Source: Minisyncoccia bacterium | Lineage (GTDB): Bacteria; Patescibacteriota; Minisyncoccia; 2-02-FULL-40-12; IGHO2-01-FULL-4-A | Length of the DNA stretch: 64,000 nucleotides | Direction of reading: 5' to 3' | Assembly (NCBI GenBank): GCA_050015375.1 | Contig: JBEKBN010000005.1 | Coordinates: 1,858 to 65,857 of the forward strand | In this document: positions 18,746 through 28,218 of the stretch, piece by piece | How the letters are laid out: each line of letters begins with the position of its first letter | Position numbering within the stretch: position 1 is the stretch's first letter | Translations under genes and position numbers: made by a program | Notes under the pieces: model-generated | Databases searched by the model: none | What the model was told of the DNA's origin: nothing | What the model saw: the letters and a program-made list of their open reading frames with translations, nothing else

Positions 18746-19636
18746 ATGAAAGGCCTAAGATTATTTTTGATGATTTTGGCGGGGCTGGCGCTTATTACCC
18801 TGTTTCCGCAGGCCGTTTTCGGCCAGAAAGACGGGGATACCCGGCAGATCTATGTGTATCTTCCTACTCAAGTTGTAGGATTAGATGGACCGGCCGGGAA
18901 TCCAAATACTTACGAATATTTAACAGTTATGACATTTACCGTGCGACCCGGTGTTCCTGGTAGTTTTTATGCCTGGCATTTCGATTCGTCCGGGAAGAAA
19001 ATGCAACTGAGGATTTCAGGCGTCAACGGTAGCAGTTTTGAGGCTACTGAGTCGGGGGGCAGTATTGTACCCGGGGGGAGTATTACTCTGACATATTCCT
19101 ATTGCCAAGATAATCAATTTGGCGGATGCCCAAATACTAACATACGTAGCGGCTGGACGCGTTTTCAGGTGGGACAAACTTTTTCAGTGGCGTCTGGGTG
19201 GCAATACGACACCCTGATTTCCGTTGTCTTTCAGCGACGAGACAATCTCGGGTTTCCAAAAATCGTTGCTGATGCTCCCGTTGTTGAGCTTGACACTTCT
19301 TTTATCATTCCGGCATCAGTGACAACCGGCGGAATTGATTCGGGTATTGCCATAGTTAATCCTTCTGACCAACTAGCCAACTTGTCATTCCAGATTTTTA
19401 ATGATGTTGGCCAACTGAAAGGGTCAAAGCAACTGACACTTAATGCCGCCTATCAGTTGAGTGAGTTTGTATCCCAGCTTTTTCCAAATTTACCATTGGA
19501 TGGACTGGGCAATATGCTGACATCCGGCCAGTTAAGGATTTCTTCTGACACACCAATTGCCGTTCTTTCGCTGAAGTCCTACACCGCTCCCGGTTTTTTC
19601 AATATGGGCGGCGGAGCGGCTTTCGTTGTCAAATAA
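18746..19636 (+). CDS. Secreted hypothetical protein
   Basis: Signal peptide MKGLRLFLMILAGLALITLFPQAVFGQ. Confidence 0.5.
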   Translation: MKGLRLFLMILAGLALITLFPQAVFGQKDGDTRQIYVYLPTQVVGLDGPAGNPNTYEYLTVMTFTVRPGVPGSFYAWHFDSSGKKMQLRISGVNGSSFEATESGGSIVPGGSITLTYSYCQDNQFGGCPNTNIRSGWTRFQVGQTFSVASGWQYDTLISVVFQRRDNLGFPKIVADAPVVELDTSFIIPASVTTGGIDSGIAIVNPSDQLANLSFQIFNDVGQLKGSKQLTLNAAYQLSEFVSQLFPNLPLDGLGNMLTSGQLRISSDTPIAVLSLKSYTAPGFFNMGGGAAFVVK

Positions 19637-19643
19637 CCTTTCC

Positions 19644-19693
19644 AATCCCGATTGGTGAGCTCACACCGAACTCTCAGTCGGGGATTTTTTTTG
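19644..19693 (+). terminator. Putative terminator
   Basis: Imperfect hairpin atcccgattg...cagtcggggat plus T8. Confidence 0.45.
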
Positions 19694-19763
19694 GAATTTT
19701 TAACTAAATGAAACATTGACATTCCTATGTTAATGACCTATTATACCAACGACATCATCTAGG

Positions 19764-20111
19764 TTGTTTTTTGACAACCAAAGACAAAAGAAAAGAGGAA
19801 AAATGACTAAGAAATTCCAGCGAACAATAGAAGAATTTACCCGTGGAAAGTGTGTTTTTACTGTGCTTGGAAACGGCTACACTAATCACTGCCCGCAATG
19901 CCTATGGAGTAAGCATGTTGATATAAATCCTAGCGACCGCCAGGCAATATGCCAAGGGTTTATGGAACCCGTGGGCATTGAGCTCAAGAGTGGGGAATAT
20001 ACTATCCTCCATCGCTGTGTTTCGTGCGGTTTTGAGAAACGGAATAAGACGTCAAAAGATGATAATTTTGATGTAATTCTCCGACTCTCGAGTCGTCCAA
20101 CCAAACATTAA
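19764..20111 (+). CDS. RNHCP-domain zinc-ribbon protein
   Basis: NHCPQC...CVSCG. Likely start is ATG 19802 (MTKKFQ). Confidence 0.5.
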   Translation: MFFDNQRQKKRGKMTKKFQRTIEEFTRGKCVFTVLGNGYTNHCPQCLWSKHVDINPSDRQAICQGFMEPVGIELKSGEYTILHRCVSCGFEKRNKTSKDDNFDVILRLSSRPTKH

Positions 20112-20240
20112 TTATAGATTTATCTAATTTTTTAAGATATAATAAAAACGACAAATATCTTCGCCGTCTCGGGGGCAATTTGGAAATATCTTATCGGGAA
20201 ACACCAGTTTCCTTTTTGCCATAAATTCCCTTGATTTTTT

Positions 20241-20888
20241 CTAAGATTTGGAGGTTTTTTTGAGTATTTCCTCTAGATTTGGAAAGTTTGAGTTGAAGAT
20301 CTCGTCAATTTTTTCGATATTAAACCCTTGGGGAAGTTTCTGCATTTTACTTATTTCCGGCATGATTTTCGAGAATATTAGGTCAACAATCCTTTCTTTT
20401 TCCCAGTGACCAATATGATATTTAACTATTAAAGATTCGATATTTAGGTGTAAAATTTCGTGAATAATGGTTCTGCAAATTTCGTTTGGTTGTCTATTAT
20501 TGACATTGATAATTATTGTGCTGGGAGGATCGTAACTCCCGCCGACTCCATATTTTGTAAGAATAATTTTATATAATCCAAATCCTGTCGTTAGACCGTT
20601 TTTTTCTATATTGTTTTCAAGAATATCTGAGATCTTGCCCCATTCTGCATAAATCGAATTAGTCAATTTTTGGTATTCGTTTCGATCAAATTCGTCTTCC
20701 AATTTGTCAGTGATGGTGTCCAAATTAACATCTTCATAACCATCCATGACTATCTCAGAAATTCTGGCAGGTAGACTAATGTTATACCCTCTCTCTCGAT
20801 ACCATTTTAACTTTTTTAATGTATCTAAAACTCTCTCCACTTCAAACTTGAGAGAGAATTTGATTTTGATTTCAATCTGTTTGTTCAT
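20241..20888 (-). CDS. HExxH-motif protein, paralog of 16255..17124
   Basis: TIIHEILHLNIESLIVKYHIGHW; low GC. Confidence 0.55.
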   Translation of the reverse strand: MNKQIEIKIKFSLKFEVERVLDTLKKLKWYRERGYNISLPARISEIVMDGYEDVNLDTITDKLEDEFDRNEYQKLTNSIYAEWGKISDILENNIEKNGLTTGFGLYKIILTKYGVGGSYDPPSTIIINVNNRQPNEICRTIIHEILHLNIESLIVKYHIGHWEKERIVDLIFSKIMPEISKMQKLPQGFNIEKIDEIFNSNFPNLEEILKKTSKS

Positions 20889-20930
20889 AAAAAATTAGGG
20901 GTTAGCATAAGCTATGCTTATACTAACCCC
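20888..20930 (-). terminator. Hairpin terminator/attenuator between precursor B and the HExxH gene
   Basis: ggggttagcataagc / gcttatactaacccc stem with a T-run on the minus strand. Confidence 0.6.
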
Positions 20931-20960
20931 TTTTGGAGAGAACAGCGCAACCGCGTCTGG

Positions 20961-21146
20961 TTAAACGCATTGCCCGGTAGTGCAGTCGCCAGTCACGACA
21001 TCACAACAGTTAATGCCGAACCGGTTTTGCAGGACAGAAGACGGCTGGGTGCTATCTTTCGAATCTTTCTTCAGATGATCCCCGGCCAAATTTACGAAGA
21101 GCAACTTCAATTCCTGCATACCACGATTACCCCTGTTTTTGACCAT
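20961..21146 (-). CDS. Candidate RiPP precursor peptide B (61 aa), Cys-rich C-terminus
   Basis: MVKNRGNRGMQELKLLFVNLAGDHLKKDSKDSTQPSSVLQNRF-GINCCDVVTGDCTTGQCV. SD ggaaggag. Starts 2 nt after the rSAM stop. Confidence 0.5.
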   Translation of the reverse strand: MVKNRGNRGMQELKLLFVNLAGDHLKKDSKDSTQPSSVLQNRFGINCCDVVTGDCTTGQCV

Positions 21147-21148
21147 AA

Positions 21149-22198
21149 CTAAGGATCTCCTTCCTTATTCGAGATCATACCAGAAAAGTCAAAACTATTC
21201 CACCACAGTGGACAACCTCCACGACACCACCACCTATAATCACAATTTGTGCACTTTCGATGACGAAAAACATCAATCGTTCTTCTAAGACGGCTCATTT
21301 CAGAGCCACTCCAAAAATCAATGAATGATTGTGAGCTGGAAATCACAGAATCAATTTCGGATGGACAAACAAGCTCAAATCCCGTCGTGTGAGTGCACAA
21401 AGAAATCGCACGGTTCTCCTTAATTGTTACCGCGTTGCCCGTAAAAACCGGGCAGTTAAACATCAATGACTTTTCCGCCATTATTTCTCTCAATGTCATT
21501 TCCTCTATAAGGCACCACGGTAAGCTAATGACGAAACAGCATTTCTGCTCCAATTTTTTACAAAGTCGAAAAATGTCTGGGATCGCATCAGCAATCAAGA
21601 CCGGATCGGTTTTATATTGCCTGGTATCATCCAAGGAAGGAAGACCGAAAGTGAAGCAAAGCGATTTTGCTTCGAACTTTTTTGCCAAAGCGATGCAATC
21701 TCCAACATTGCCCAGATTTTCCGGACATAGAACGACATTGACCGAAAAACCAATATTTCGATCACGCAGATTTTTCAATCCCTGGCACATTTCATCAAAT
21801 CCTTCCGATGCGCCCGTGTTTGCAAAATAGTGCTCCCGATTGGTTCCGTGCATAGAAACAGAAATACTGAGATGAGGGATGTTTTTTATTACTGACAAGG
21901 GAATGCCATTTGAAAACGATCTCCCGTTGGTAATTAAATTACAGAACTGAAAAAAACTACACAAGTCATCTGCAATTGAAGAAAATTCTGGATGAAGAGT
22001 CGGTTCGCCGCCCGTAATTACGCAGGATTTCGTCCCGCATTCGGACAAGGTTTTTGCAACCCTGACAATAAAATCGCGATTCAAAAAAGTTGCTATTTCC
22101 GACCCCTTACGCAAACACCACAAACAATCGTTGTCGCAAATCCCAGTTAGTGACAACCATACTCGATTTGGTACGACGTTTTGCAACTTTTCAGCCAT
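21149..22198 (-). CDS. Radical SAM / SPASM-domain peptide-modifying enzyme
   Basis: CDNDCLWC (CxxxCxxC) plus SPASM CTNCDYRWWCRGGCP. The ORF track extends to 22285, but ATG 22198 has SD ggagg and is preferred. Confidence 0.85.
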   Translation of the reverse strand: MAEKLQNVVPNRVWLSLTGICDNDCLWCLRKGSEIATFLNRDFIVRVAKTLSECGTKSCVITGGEPTLHPEFSSIADDLCSFFQFCNLITNGRSFSNGIPLSVIKNIPHLSISVSMHGTNREHYFANTGASEGFDEMCQGLKNLRDRNIGFSVNVVLCPENLGNVGDCIALAKKFEAKSLCFTFGLPSLDDTRQYKTDPVLIADAIPDIFRLCKKLEQKCCFVISLPWCLIEEMTLREIMAEKSLMFNCPVFTGNAVTIKENRAISLCTHTTGFELVCPSEIDSVISSSQSFIDFWSGSEMSRLRRTIDVFRHRKCTNCDYRWWCRGGCPLWWNSFDFSGMISNKEGDP

Positions 22199-22441
22199 AA
22201 ATACCTCCGAATAATAGCAAAAATGTTTTTTATTGTGTTGTAAACGAACAATTATAAAGATACTAGAATATTGCATTTTTGTCAAAATATATTAGAATAT
22301 TTAGAATAATAAAAAACATTACCACTTCAACTGCCACTATGGGTTTCCGAAGTTTTTCCATGTATAATTAAGGCAATAAACATCTTCACCGCCTCGGGGA
22401 ATAATTTAGAGAAGCCCTGGTTATTTTCAAAAAGTTGATAA

Positions 22442-25400
22442 ATGATGTTGTTCACAATTTCCGGGATTGGTATAATTGAGACAATGAGAAGCGGGGCAAT
22501 TTCTTATAGAAGACAAGGAGTAGTTTTGATTTCGGTTTTGGTTTTGTCTTTTGTTGTCATCTTTTTATCTTTTTCCGATGCTCAAGCTAGGACCTGCTCG
22601 ATAAATAACGTTCATCCAACCTTTTTATATGGTGACGGCACCCAAACCGCGCCTTTTGCGGCTGACGGTTACCGAGCGAAAATTGGCTCTGTTGATTATT
22701 CGTATCAACCACCGTTGTGTGGAAACTCGGGGATTATTTCGATAACACCTTCGGATCGAACCTATGTCCCGGGTGTCAATATTAATGTTACGCACAGCCT
22801 AAAGGGCTCTGTTGATTCCCCGGATTGGATTTATATCTCGGTTCAAAGAGATGTCCCGCCCGGAAATTATCCCGTCTCATTTGATAGCGTCGTTAATGTT
22901 GGCGGAGGAATGTGTCAGATTGATACATATAACGGTCCGTGCGACGGTTTTGGCTTTACCATAATGGGCAACTCACTTGTCGTAGCAATCAGTCCGGCGG
23001 GAGGCGGGACTGTAACCGGAGGCCACGATATACATTGTCCGAGTAATTGTACAGATGAAGATTCCGAACTTATTAGTGGCTGGGGTAATGGCACCGGCTA
23101 CTCAACTGCCGAAAGTGTTACTTTAACCGCTACCCCTAATACCGGATATGCTTTTGACCATTGGAGCGGAGTTCCTAATACTGGTGATTGTAACGGCTCG
23201 ACAACCACAACATGTAATATGCCCATGTCGATATCAAGAAGTGTAACAGCGGTTTTTCGCGCCACTTCTAATCCGAAACCGAAGGTGGATCTTAGCTCAA
23301 TTATGTCTTATTTCAGTTATCCGACTAAGGATTTAGGAAATAATTCCGTTTCGGTAACAAATGATGGAGATGCTGGAAGCTTGTTAAATTATAGTTATGG
23401 AAAATACGGTCACTTAGCTTCAAGATTTGAATTTAAAGATGCTTCAGATCAAAATAATAATTACAGTTGGCTTGATAAAATTAAAAATATTCTGATTAAT
23501 ATTGCTGACGCCACGGTAAATTTACACGATGGTCTATTAGGTGATGGCGGTGTGCCCCTAGCTAAAGATGTATGGAGAGCCGGGTGGTATGATGGGAGTT
23601 TCAGCGATAACGACATTGCTGGTTTGCATCGCGGAGATAATCCTGTTGCTGTGATTACTGAAACTTGTGAAACTGTGGGTGGCTGCCTTGGTTCCCAAAC
23701 CGCTTCTCACTCGATTATCTACAACATCCCCGATCCATACATTAAGATAAACGGCAAACTTTACGAAACAATTTCGGCAACTTCCGGCCAGCAACTTAAT
23801 ATCGTAATCTCTAGCGGAAACCTTAATACTACGACTCCTACCGTTGTTCCCTCAACAACCGGTTATACCGACCTTTCCGGTATTTGTTATGGCTTGAATG
23901 GCCATTGCATTTTCAACGCTCCCGCCTCTACCACGATTTACGAGATTCGAGTCAAGGGTGTTTCCAATGACGACTACGCAACCGATTCAGGCAATTTCGT
24001 TTCCGCTTTCTTGACTGTGAACATCGGCCAGCCGCCATCTGGCTGTCTCCCCGGCGCGGTTTCACTTTCGGGCTATTCCATTCCCGTTGGTGATTCTGTT
24101 ACTGCTTCAATCCCATCCGGCTGGAGCGGTAGTGGCGCTTTCATTTCTAGTGATGCCACTGTCGCTTCCGTTGGTCCAACAAGCGGCGTAGTTACTGGCA
24201 ACAAAGTCGGTAGCGCCAGTATCAGCGGCACCGGCTGGACCGATCCCAGCGGCAAAACAAATTGTCCTTTGGACAATTCAAATGTCTTATCTATCGGGCC
24301 GCCGCCTTCTAGCCCGCCGCCGCCTTCTGGCGCAGTTTCTGTTTCTCTGACCGCAGACCCCGATACTGTTGACTACGGCCACTCTTCTACTCTGACCTGG
24401 GTTCCGACCAATGCTACCTCTTGCACCTCAACTAATCTGCCAGCCGGCAATTGGTCAACCGGCGACTCCGGGAGCGTTTTCACCGGTTCCCTGACTGGCA
24501 CTACAACTTATTACATAACCTGCACCGGCTCAGATGGCACAGCTAACGCCACCGCCACGGTTGATGTTAGGTTGCCATCAAGCGTCCTAGCCGCCAATCT
24601 TACCATCAAAGACGATGACCAAAACGTCATCAATGTCGCCATTGTTAACAGCTATGTTAATCTCTACGTCGATGCGTCTGCCGACACAGGGCAACATATT
24701 ACTAATGTGAAATTTTGTTCCGATGACACGCCGGGCGACCATTCTTGCGACAGTTCATGGACGAATGTCTATGATTGGACGATCAGTAACAACGGCTTCG
24801 GCATTCCGTGGAACGCTGTCTATAAAAGAATGAAGTGGTCTTTCGCTACACCCGGCATTAAGGGCGTCTATGTTCGAGTTCAGGAGAATGGTGGAACCTG
24901 GTCAAGTATTGCCGAAGCCGACATCACGATTAACGATACTTTTTGGAAACTTCATGTTTATAAAAACGGCTCTGGCGATGGCACTGTCCAGCTCAATTGG
25001 GATGATAGCATATTTGATACCTTAACTTGTGGGTCTGATACATCATGGTCGGACTGTAACGCTGGCACTAGGCAGGTCAATAGATCTAGCGTCTATGTCC
25101 TAGCAGCAGATGTCACAACTCAGCTTCATGCCTCTCCCGCCACCGGCTCTACTTTTGCCGGCTGGTCTGGCAGCGGTTGTTCGGGCACCGGCGGTTGCGC
25201 TGTTACCCCGGCTGGCGATGCCAATGGTTATTTGTATCCCGGCTCGCCGGACAATAGTGTCACTGCCACATTCAATACTCTGGCAACCCCGACTCCTCCT
25301 CCGGGCAACAGCAATCCCAACACTCCTTCAAGTGTCGCCGCGCCGGGCAGTGTTGATTATTGCGCCGGTCTGGCGGCGAGTGTGAACTGGACATATTCTG

Positions 25401-25981
25401 ACACGGACAATAATCCAGTTGGGACTGATCCCCAAAGCGCCTATGATGTAAACATATTAGCTTCTGGTTTTTCTTTCGACACTGGCAAAGTTATGAGTAG
25501 CGGCAACTCATATTCCATTGATCCATCTAAATTAGCCCCGGCAACTACATACAGCGCCAAGGTTAAGGTCTGGGATTCACATAACGCCGCCAGTCCTTGG
25601 TCGTCGGTTGTCTCGTGGACAACGCCGCCCTATCACTATCCGGGTCCGGCTGATTTCACTCCGACGCCGGCAAATATTACCCACGCCAATACCTCGACCC
25701 AGTTCACAGATAAAACAAATTATTATTCCGGCGGCACGCCCTCCCAGCTCTGGACTTTCGCGAATCTTTCCACCGGAGCTCCGGCGACGACTTTCACTTC
25801 CGCTACTCCGACATTCTCATTCCCGACAGCCGGACTTTGGTCCGTGTCGTTAGTTGCCAGTAAAGGGACCTACGCCTGCAGCTCGGGTACTTGCAACGCC
25901 GTTTGCACGCCCAAAGACATCTTTGTCAATGTCGGCAATGTTCCCGTTCCTTCCTGGATAGAAGTTCCGCCTGCGAAGTAG
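22442..25981 (+). CDS. Large secreted/surface protein with Ig-like / InlB-B-repeat-like and Fn3/PKD-like modules
   Basis: 1179 aa, N-terminal TM/signal. C-terminal roughly 230 aa paralogous to 42403..43818. Confidence 0.6.
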   Translation: MMLFTISGIGIIETMRSGAISYRRQGVVLISVLVLSFVVIFLSFSDAQARTCSINNVHPTFLYGDGTQTAPFAADGYRAKIGSVDYSYQPPLCGNSGIISITPSDRTYVPGVNINVTHSLKGSVDSPDWIYISVQRDVPPGNYPVSFDSVVNVGGGMCQIDTYNGPCDGFGFTIMGNSLVVAISPAGGGTVTGGHDIHCPSNCTDEDSELISGWGNGTGYSTAESVTLTATPNTGYAFDHWSGVPNTGDCNGSTTTTCNMPMSISRSVTAVFRATSNPKPKVDLSSIMSYFSYPTKDLGNNSVSVTNDGDAGSLLNYSYGKYGHLASRFEFKDASDQNNNYSWLDKIKNILINIADATVNLHDGLLGDGGVPLAKDVWRAGWYDGSFSDNDIAGLHRGDNPVAVITETCETVGGCLGSQTASHSIIYNIPDPYIKINGKLYETISATSGQQLNIVISSGNLNTTTPTVVPSTTGYTDLSGICYGLNGHCIFNAPASTTIYEIRVKGVSNDDYATDSGNFVSAFLTVNIGQPPSGCLPGAVSLSGYSIPVGDSVTASIPSGWSGSGAFISSDATVASVGPTSGVVTGNKVGSASISGTGWTDPSGKTNCPLDNSNVLSIGPPPSSPPPPSGAVSVSLTADPDTVDYGHSSTLTWVPTNATSCTSTNLPAGNWSTGDSGSVFTGSLTGTTTYYITCTGSDGTANATATVDVRLPSSVLAANLTIKDDDQNVINVAIVNSYVNLYVDASADTGQHITNVKFCSDDTPGDHSCDSSWTNVYDWTISNNGFGIPWNAVYKRMKWSFATPGIKGVYVRVQENGGTWSSIAEADITINDTFWKLHVYKNGSGDGTVQLNWDDSIFDTLTCGSDTSWSDCNAGTRQVNRSSVYVLAADVTTQLHASPATGSTFAGWSGSGCSGTGGCAVTPAGDANGYLYPGSPDNSVTATFNTLATPTPPPGNSNPNTPSSVAAPGSVDYCAGLAASVNWTYSDTDNNPVGTDPQSAYDVNILASGFSFDTGKVMSSGNSYSIDPSKLAPATTYSAKVKVWDSHNAASPWSSVVSWTTPPYHYPGPADFTPTPANITHANTSTQFTDKTNYYSGGTPSQLWTFANLSTGAPATTFTSATPTFSFPTAGLWSVSLVASKGTYACSSGTCNAVCTPKDIFVNVGNVPVPSWIEVPPAK

Positions 25982-26011
25982 CCGGTTGCCGCGACAAATA
26001 TATTTTCAAAA

Positions 26012-26037
26012 AGAAGTCCCAAGGGGCTTCTTTTTTG
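26012..26037 (+). terminator. Rho-independent terminator
   Basis: agaagtccc-aa-ggggcttct plus T6. Confidence 0.6.
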
Positions 26038-26068
26038 CCGCTGAATGTGATAGATTTGGCATATATCC

Positions 26069-28072
26069 ATGACCAAATCTGAAGCCAAAACCAGGATCGA
26101 AAAATTGAAAGTCCTCATCAACAAATACCGCTACAGCCGGTTGGTCTTGAATAAAGAATTGGTTGAAGAATCGGTCGAGGACTCGCTTAAAAAAGAACTT
26201 TTCGATCTGGAGCAGGAATTTCCCGATCTGGTCACGCCGGATTCGCCGACCCAGCGCGTCGGCGGAAAACCGCTGGAAAAATTTGAGAAATTCGCCCATC
26301 CGGCGAGGATGCTTTCATTCAACGACGCTTTCAGCCGTGAGGACATGGAGGAATGGCTCGAAAGATTGAAAAGGATCGACTCACGCGCCGTTGACGGCGG
26401 ATTTTATTGCGAACTCAAACTCGACGGGCTGGCGATTGAAATGATATATAAAGACGGAATTTTTACGACCGGAGCAACACGGGGTGATGGGACGATCGGT
26501 GAAAACGTGACCCAAAATCTGAGAACGATCGAAGCCGTTCCGCTTTCACTACAAACTACAAACTACTCACTACCAACTACTCTCGTCGTCCGCGGCGAAG
26601 CTCTGGTCACGAAAAAAGAATTCGCTCGGATAAATAAAGAACAGAAAAAATTGGATTTGCCGGTCTATGCCAATCCGCGCAATCTTGCCGCCGGTTCCAT
26701 CCGCCAGCTCGATCCCGCCGTCATGGCCGGCCGGAAACTTGATTCCAATGCCTATTCTCTTATCACCGATCTCGGCCAAAAGGTTCACGAGGACGAGCAC
26801 AAAATTCTCCACCAACTCGGATTCAAAACCAATCCTCATTGCAAATTTTGCAAAAACATGGACGAAGTCCAAAAATTCCGCGATCACTGGGAGAAACATC
26901 GTGTTGACCTAGATTACGAAATTGACGGCATTGTGGTCATCGTCAACAACAACCAAATGTTCCGAAAACTCGGTGTCGTCGGCAAAGCGCCCCGCGGCGG
27001 CATCGCCTATAAATTCTCGCCCAAAGAATCCACGACAAAATTGAAGGACATCATTGTCAGCGTTGGCCGGACGGGAATTTTGACGCCGGTGGCGGTGCTT
27101 GAACCGGTTGAGATCGGCGGCACGACGGTCTCGCGGGCGACGCTTCACAATGAAGATGAGATCAAACGCCTGAATGTGAAAATAGGGGACACGGTAGTGG
27201 TCGGCCGGGCCGGCGATGTCATTCCCGATATCAAAAAATCACTTGTCGAACTTCGAACCGGCAAGGAGAAAAATTTTCATTTTCCGGCAAAATGCCCGGT
27301 TTGTCGTGAGCCTGTCGAACGATCCGAGGGTGAAGCCGCCTACAAATGCGTCAACAAAAACTGCCCCGCCATCAAGCGCGAGGCGATCTATCATTTTGTC
27401 TCCAGAGCGGCCGTGGATATTGACCGCGTCGGCCCGAAGATCATTGACCAGCTGATGGACACGGGTCTTATCAAAGACGCCGCCGATCTGTATGTCTTGA
27501 AAAAAGACGACTTGCTGAATCTGGAACGTTTTGCCGACAAATCCGCCGACAATGTCATTTCGTCGATCCAATCCAGAAAAGAAATTCCGCTTGACCGATT
27601 CATTTTCGCTCTTGGCATTCCCCATGTCGGTTCGGAAACGGCGGTGGACTTGGCGCGGCGGTTCGGAACGCTGGAAAAAGTAGGCCAAGCCGAACTTGAA
27701 GAGTTGAATATTATCCGAGATATCGGCGAAATTGTCGCCAAAAGCATTTATGATTGGTTCCGGCAAAATTACAATCAGAAACTTTTGGAAAAATTCAAAA
27801 ATGTCAGCGTTCACATTTTGAAACAGGAATCCACCCAAAAATCAAAAAAACTCGAAGGCCTGACATTCGTTTTTACCGGTTCGCTGGAAACCATGAGCCG
27901 CGAACAGGCGGAAGAAATGACCCGCGAAAACGGCGGCGACGCTTCGTCATCGGTTTCGAAAGAAACCAGCTATGTCGTCGCCGGAAATGAACCCGGCTCG
28001 AAATACGACAAAGCAAAGAAACTCGGAGTGAAAGTCATCTCCGAACCCGATTTCTTGAAAATGATAAAATAG
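26069..28072 (+). CDS. ligA: NAD-dependent DNA ligase
   Basis: Adenylation motif ELKLDGLA, Zn finger CPVC...C, HhH and BRCT regions. In-frame ACTAC-repeat insert at 26548..26582. Confidence 0.9.
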   Translation: MTKSEAKTRIEKLKVLINKYRYSRLVLNKELVEESVEDSLKKELFDLEQEFPDLVTPDSPTQRVGGKPLEKFEKFAHPARMLSFNDAFSREDMEEWLERLKRIDSRAVDGGFYCELKLDGLAIEMIYKDGIFTTGATRGDGTIGENVTQNLRTIEAVPLSLQTTNYSLPTTLVVRGEALVTKKEFARINKEQKKLDLPVYANPRNLAAGSIRQLDPAVMAGRKLDSNAYSLITDLGQKVHEDEHKILHQLGFKTNPHCKFCKNMDEVQKFRDHWEKHRVDLDYEIDGIVVIVNNNQMFRKLGVVGKAPRGGIAYKFSPKESTTKLKDIIVSVGRTGILTPVAVLEPVEIGGTTVSRATLHNEDEIKRLNVKIGDTVVVGRAGDVIPDIKKSLVELRTGKEKNFHFPAKCPVCREPVERSEGEAAYKCVNKNCPAIKREAIYHFVSRAAVDIDRVGPKIIDQLMDTGLIKDAADLYVLKKDDLLNLERFADKSADNVISSIQSRKEIPLDRFIFALGIPHVGSETAVDLARRFGTLEKVGQAELEELNIIRDIGEIVAKSIYDWFRQNYNQKLLEKFKNVSVHILKQESTQKSKKLEGLTFVFTGSLETMSREQAEEMTRENGGDASSSVSKETSYVVAGNEPGSKYDKAKKLGVKVISEPDFLKMIK

Positions 28073-28077
28073 TTTTC

Positions 28078-28112
28078 GTTCCATTATGAACATATGTTCG
28101 TAATGGAACGAA
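28078..28112. repeat. 34-bp near-perfect palindrome (cgttccattatgaacatatgttcgtaatggaacg)
   Basis: Partner palindrome at 28712..28746. The pair brackets the PaaX-like gene. Confidence 0.8.
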
Positions 28113-28218
28113 CCGAATCATTAATAGGTTTAAGAAAAACTCATTCGCCACGAAATTATTATCCACGCTCAAAGTTACCGGTATTGTTTTATTATGCGCT
28201 ACGAGTCCAAATTTTGGT

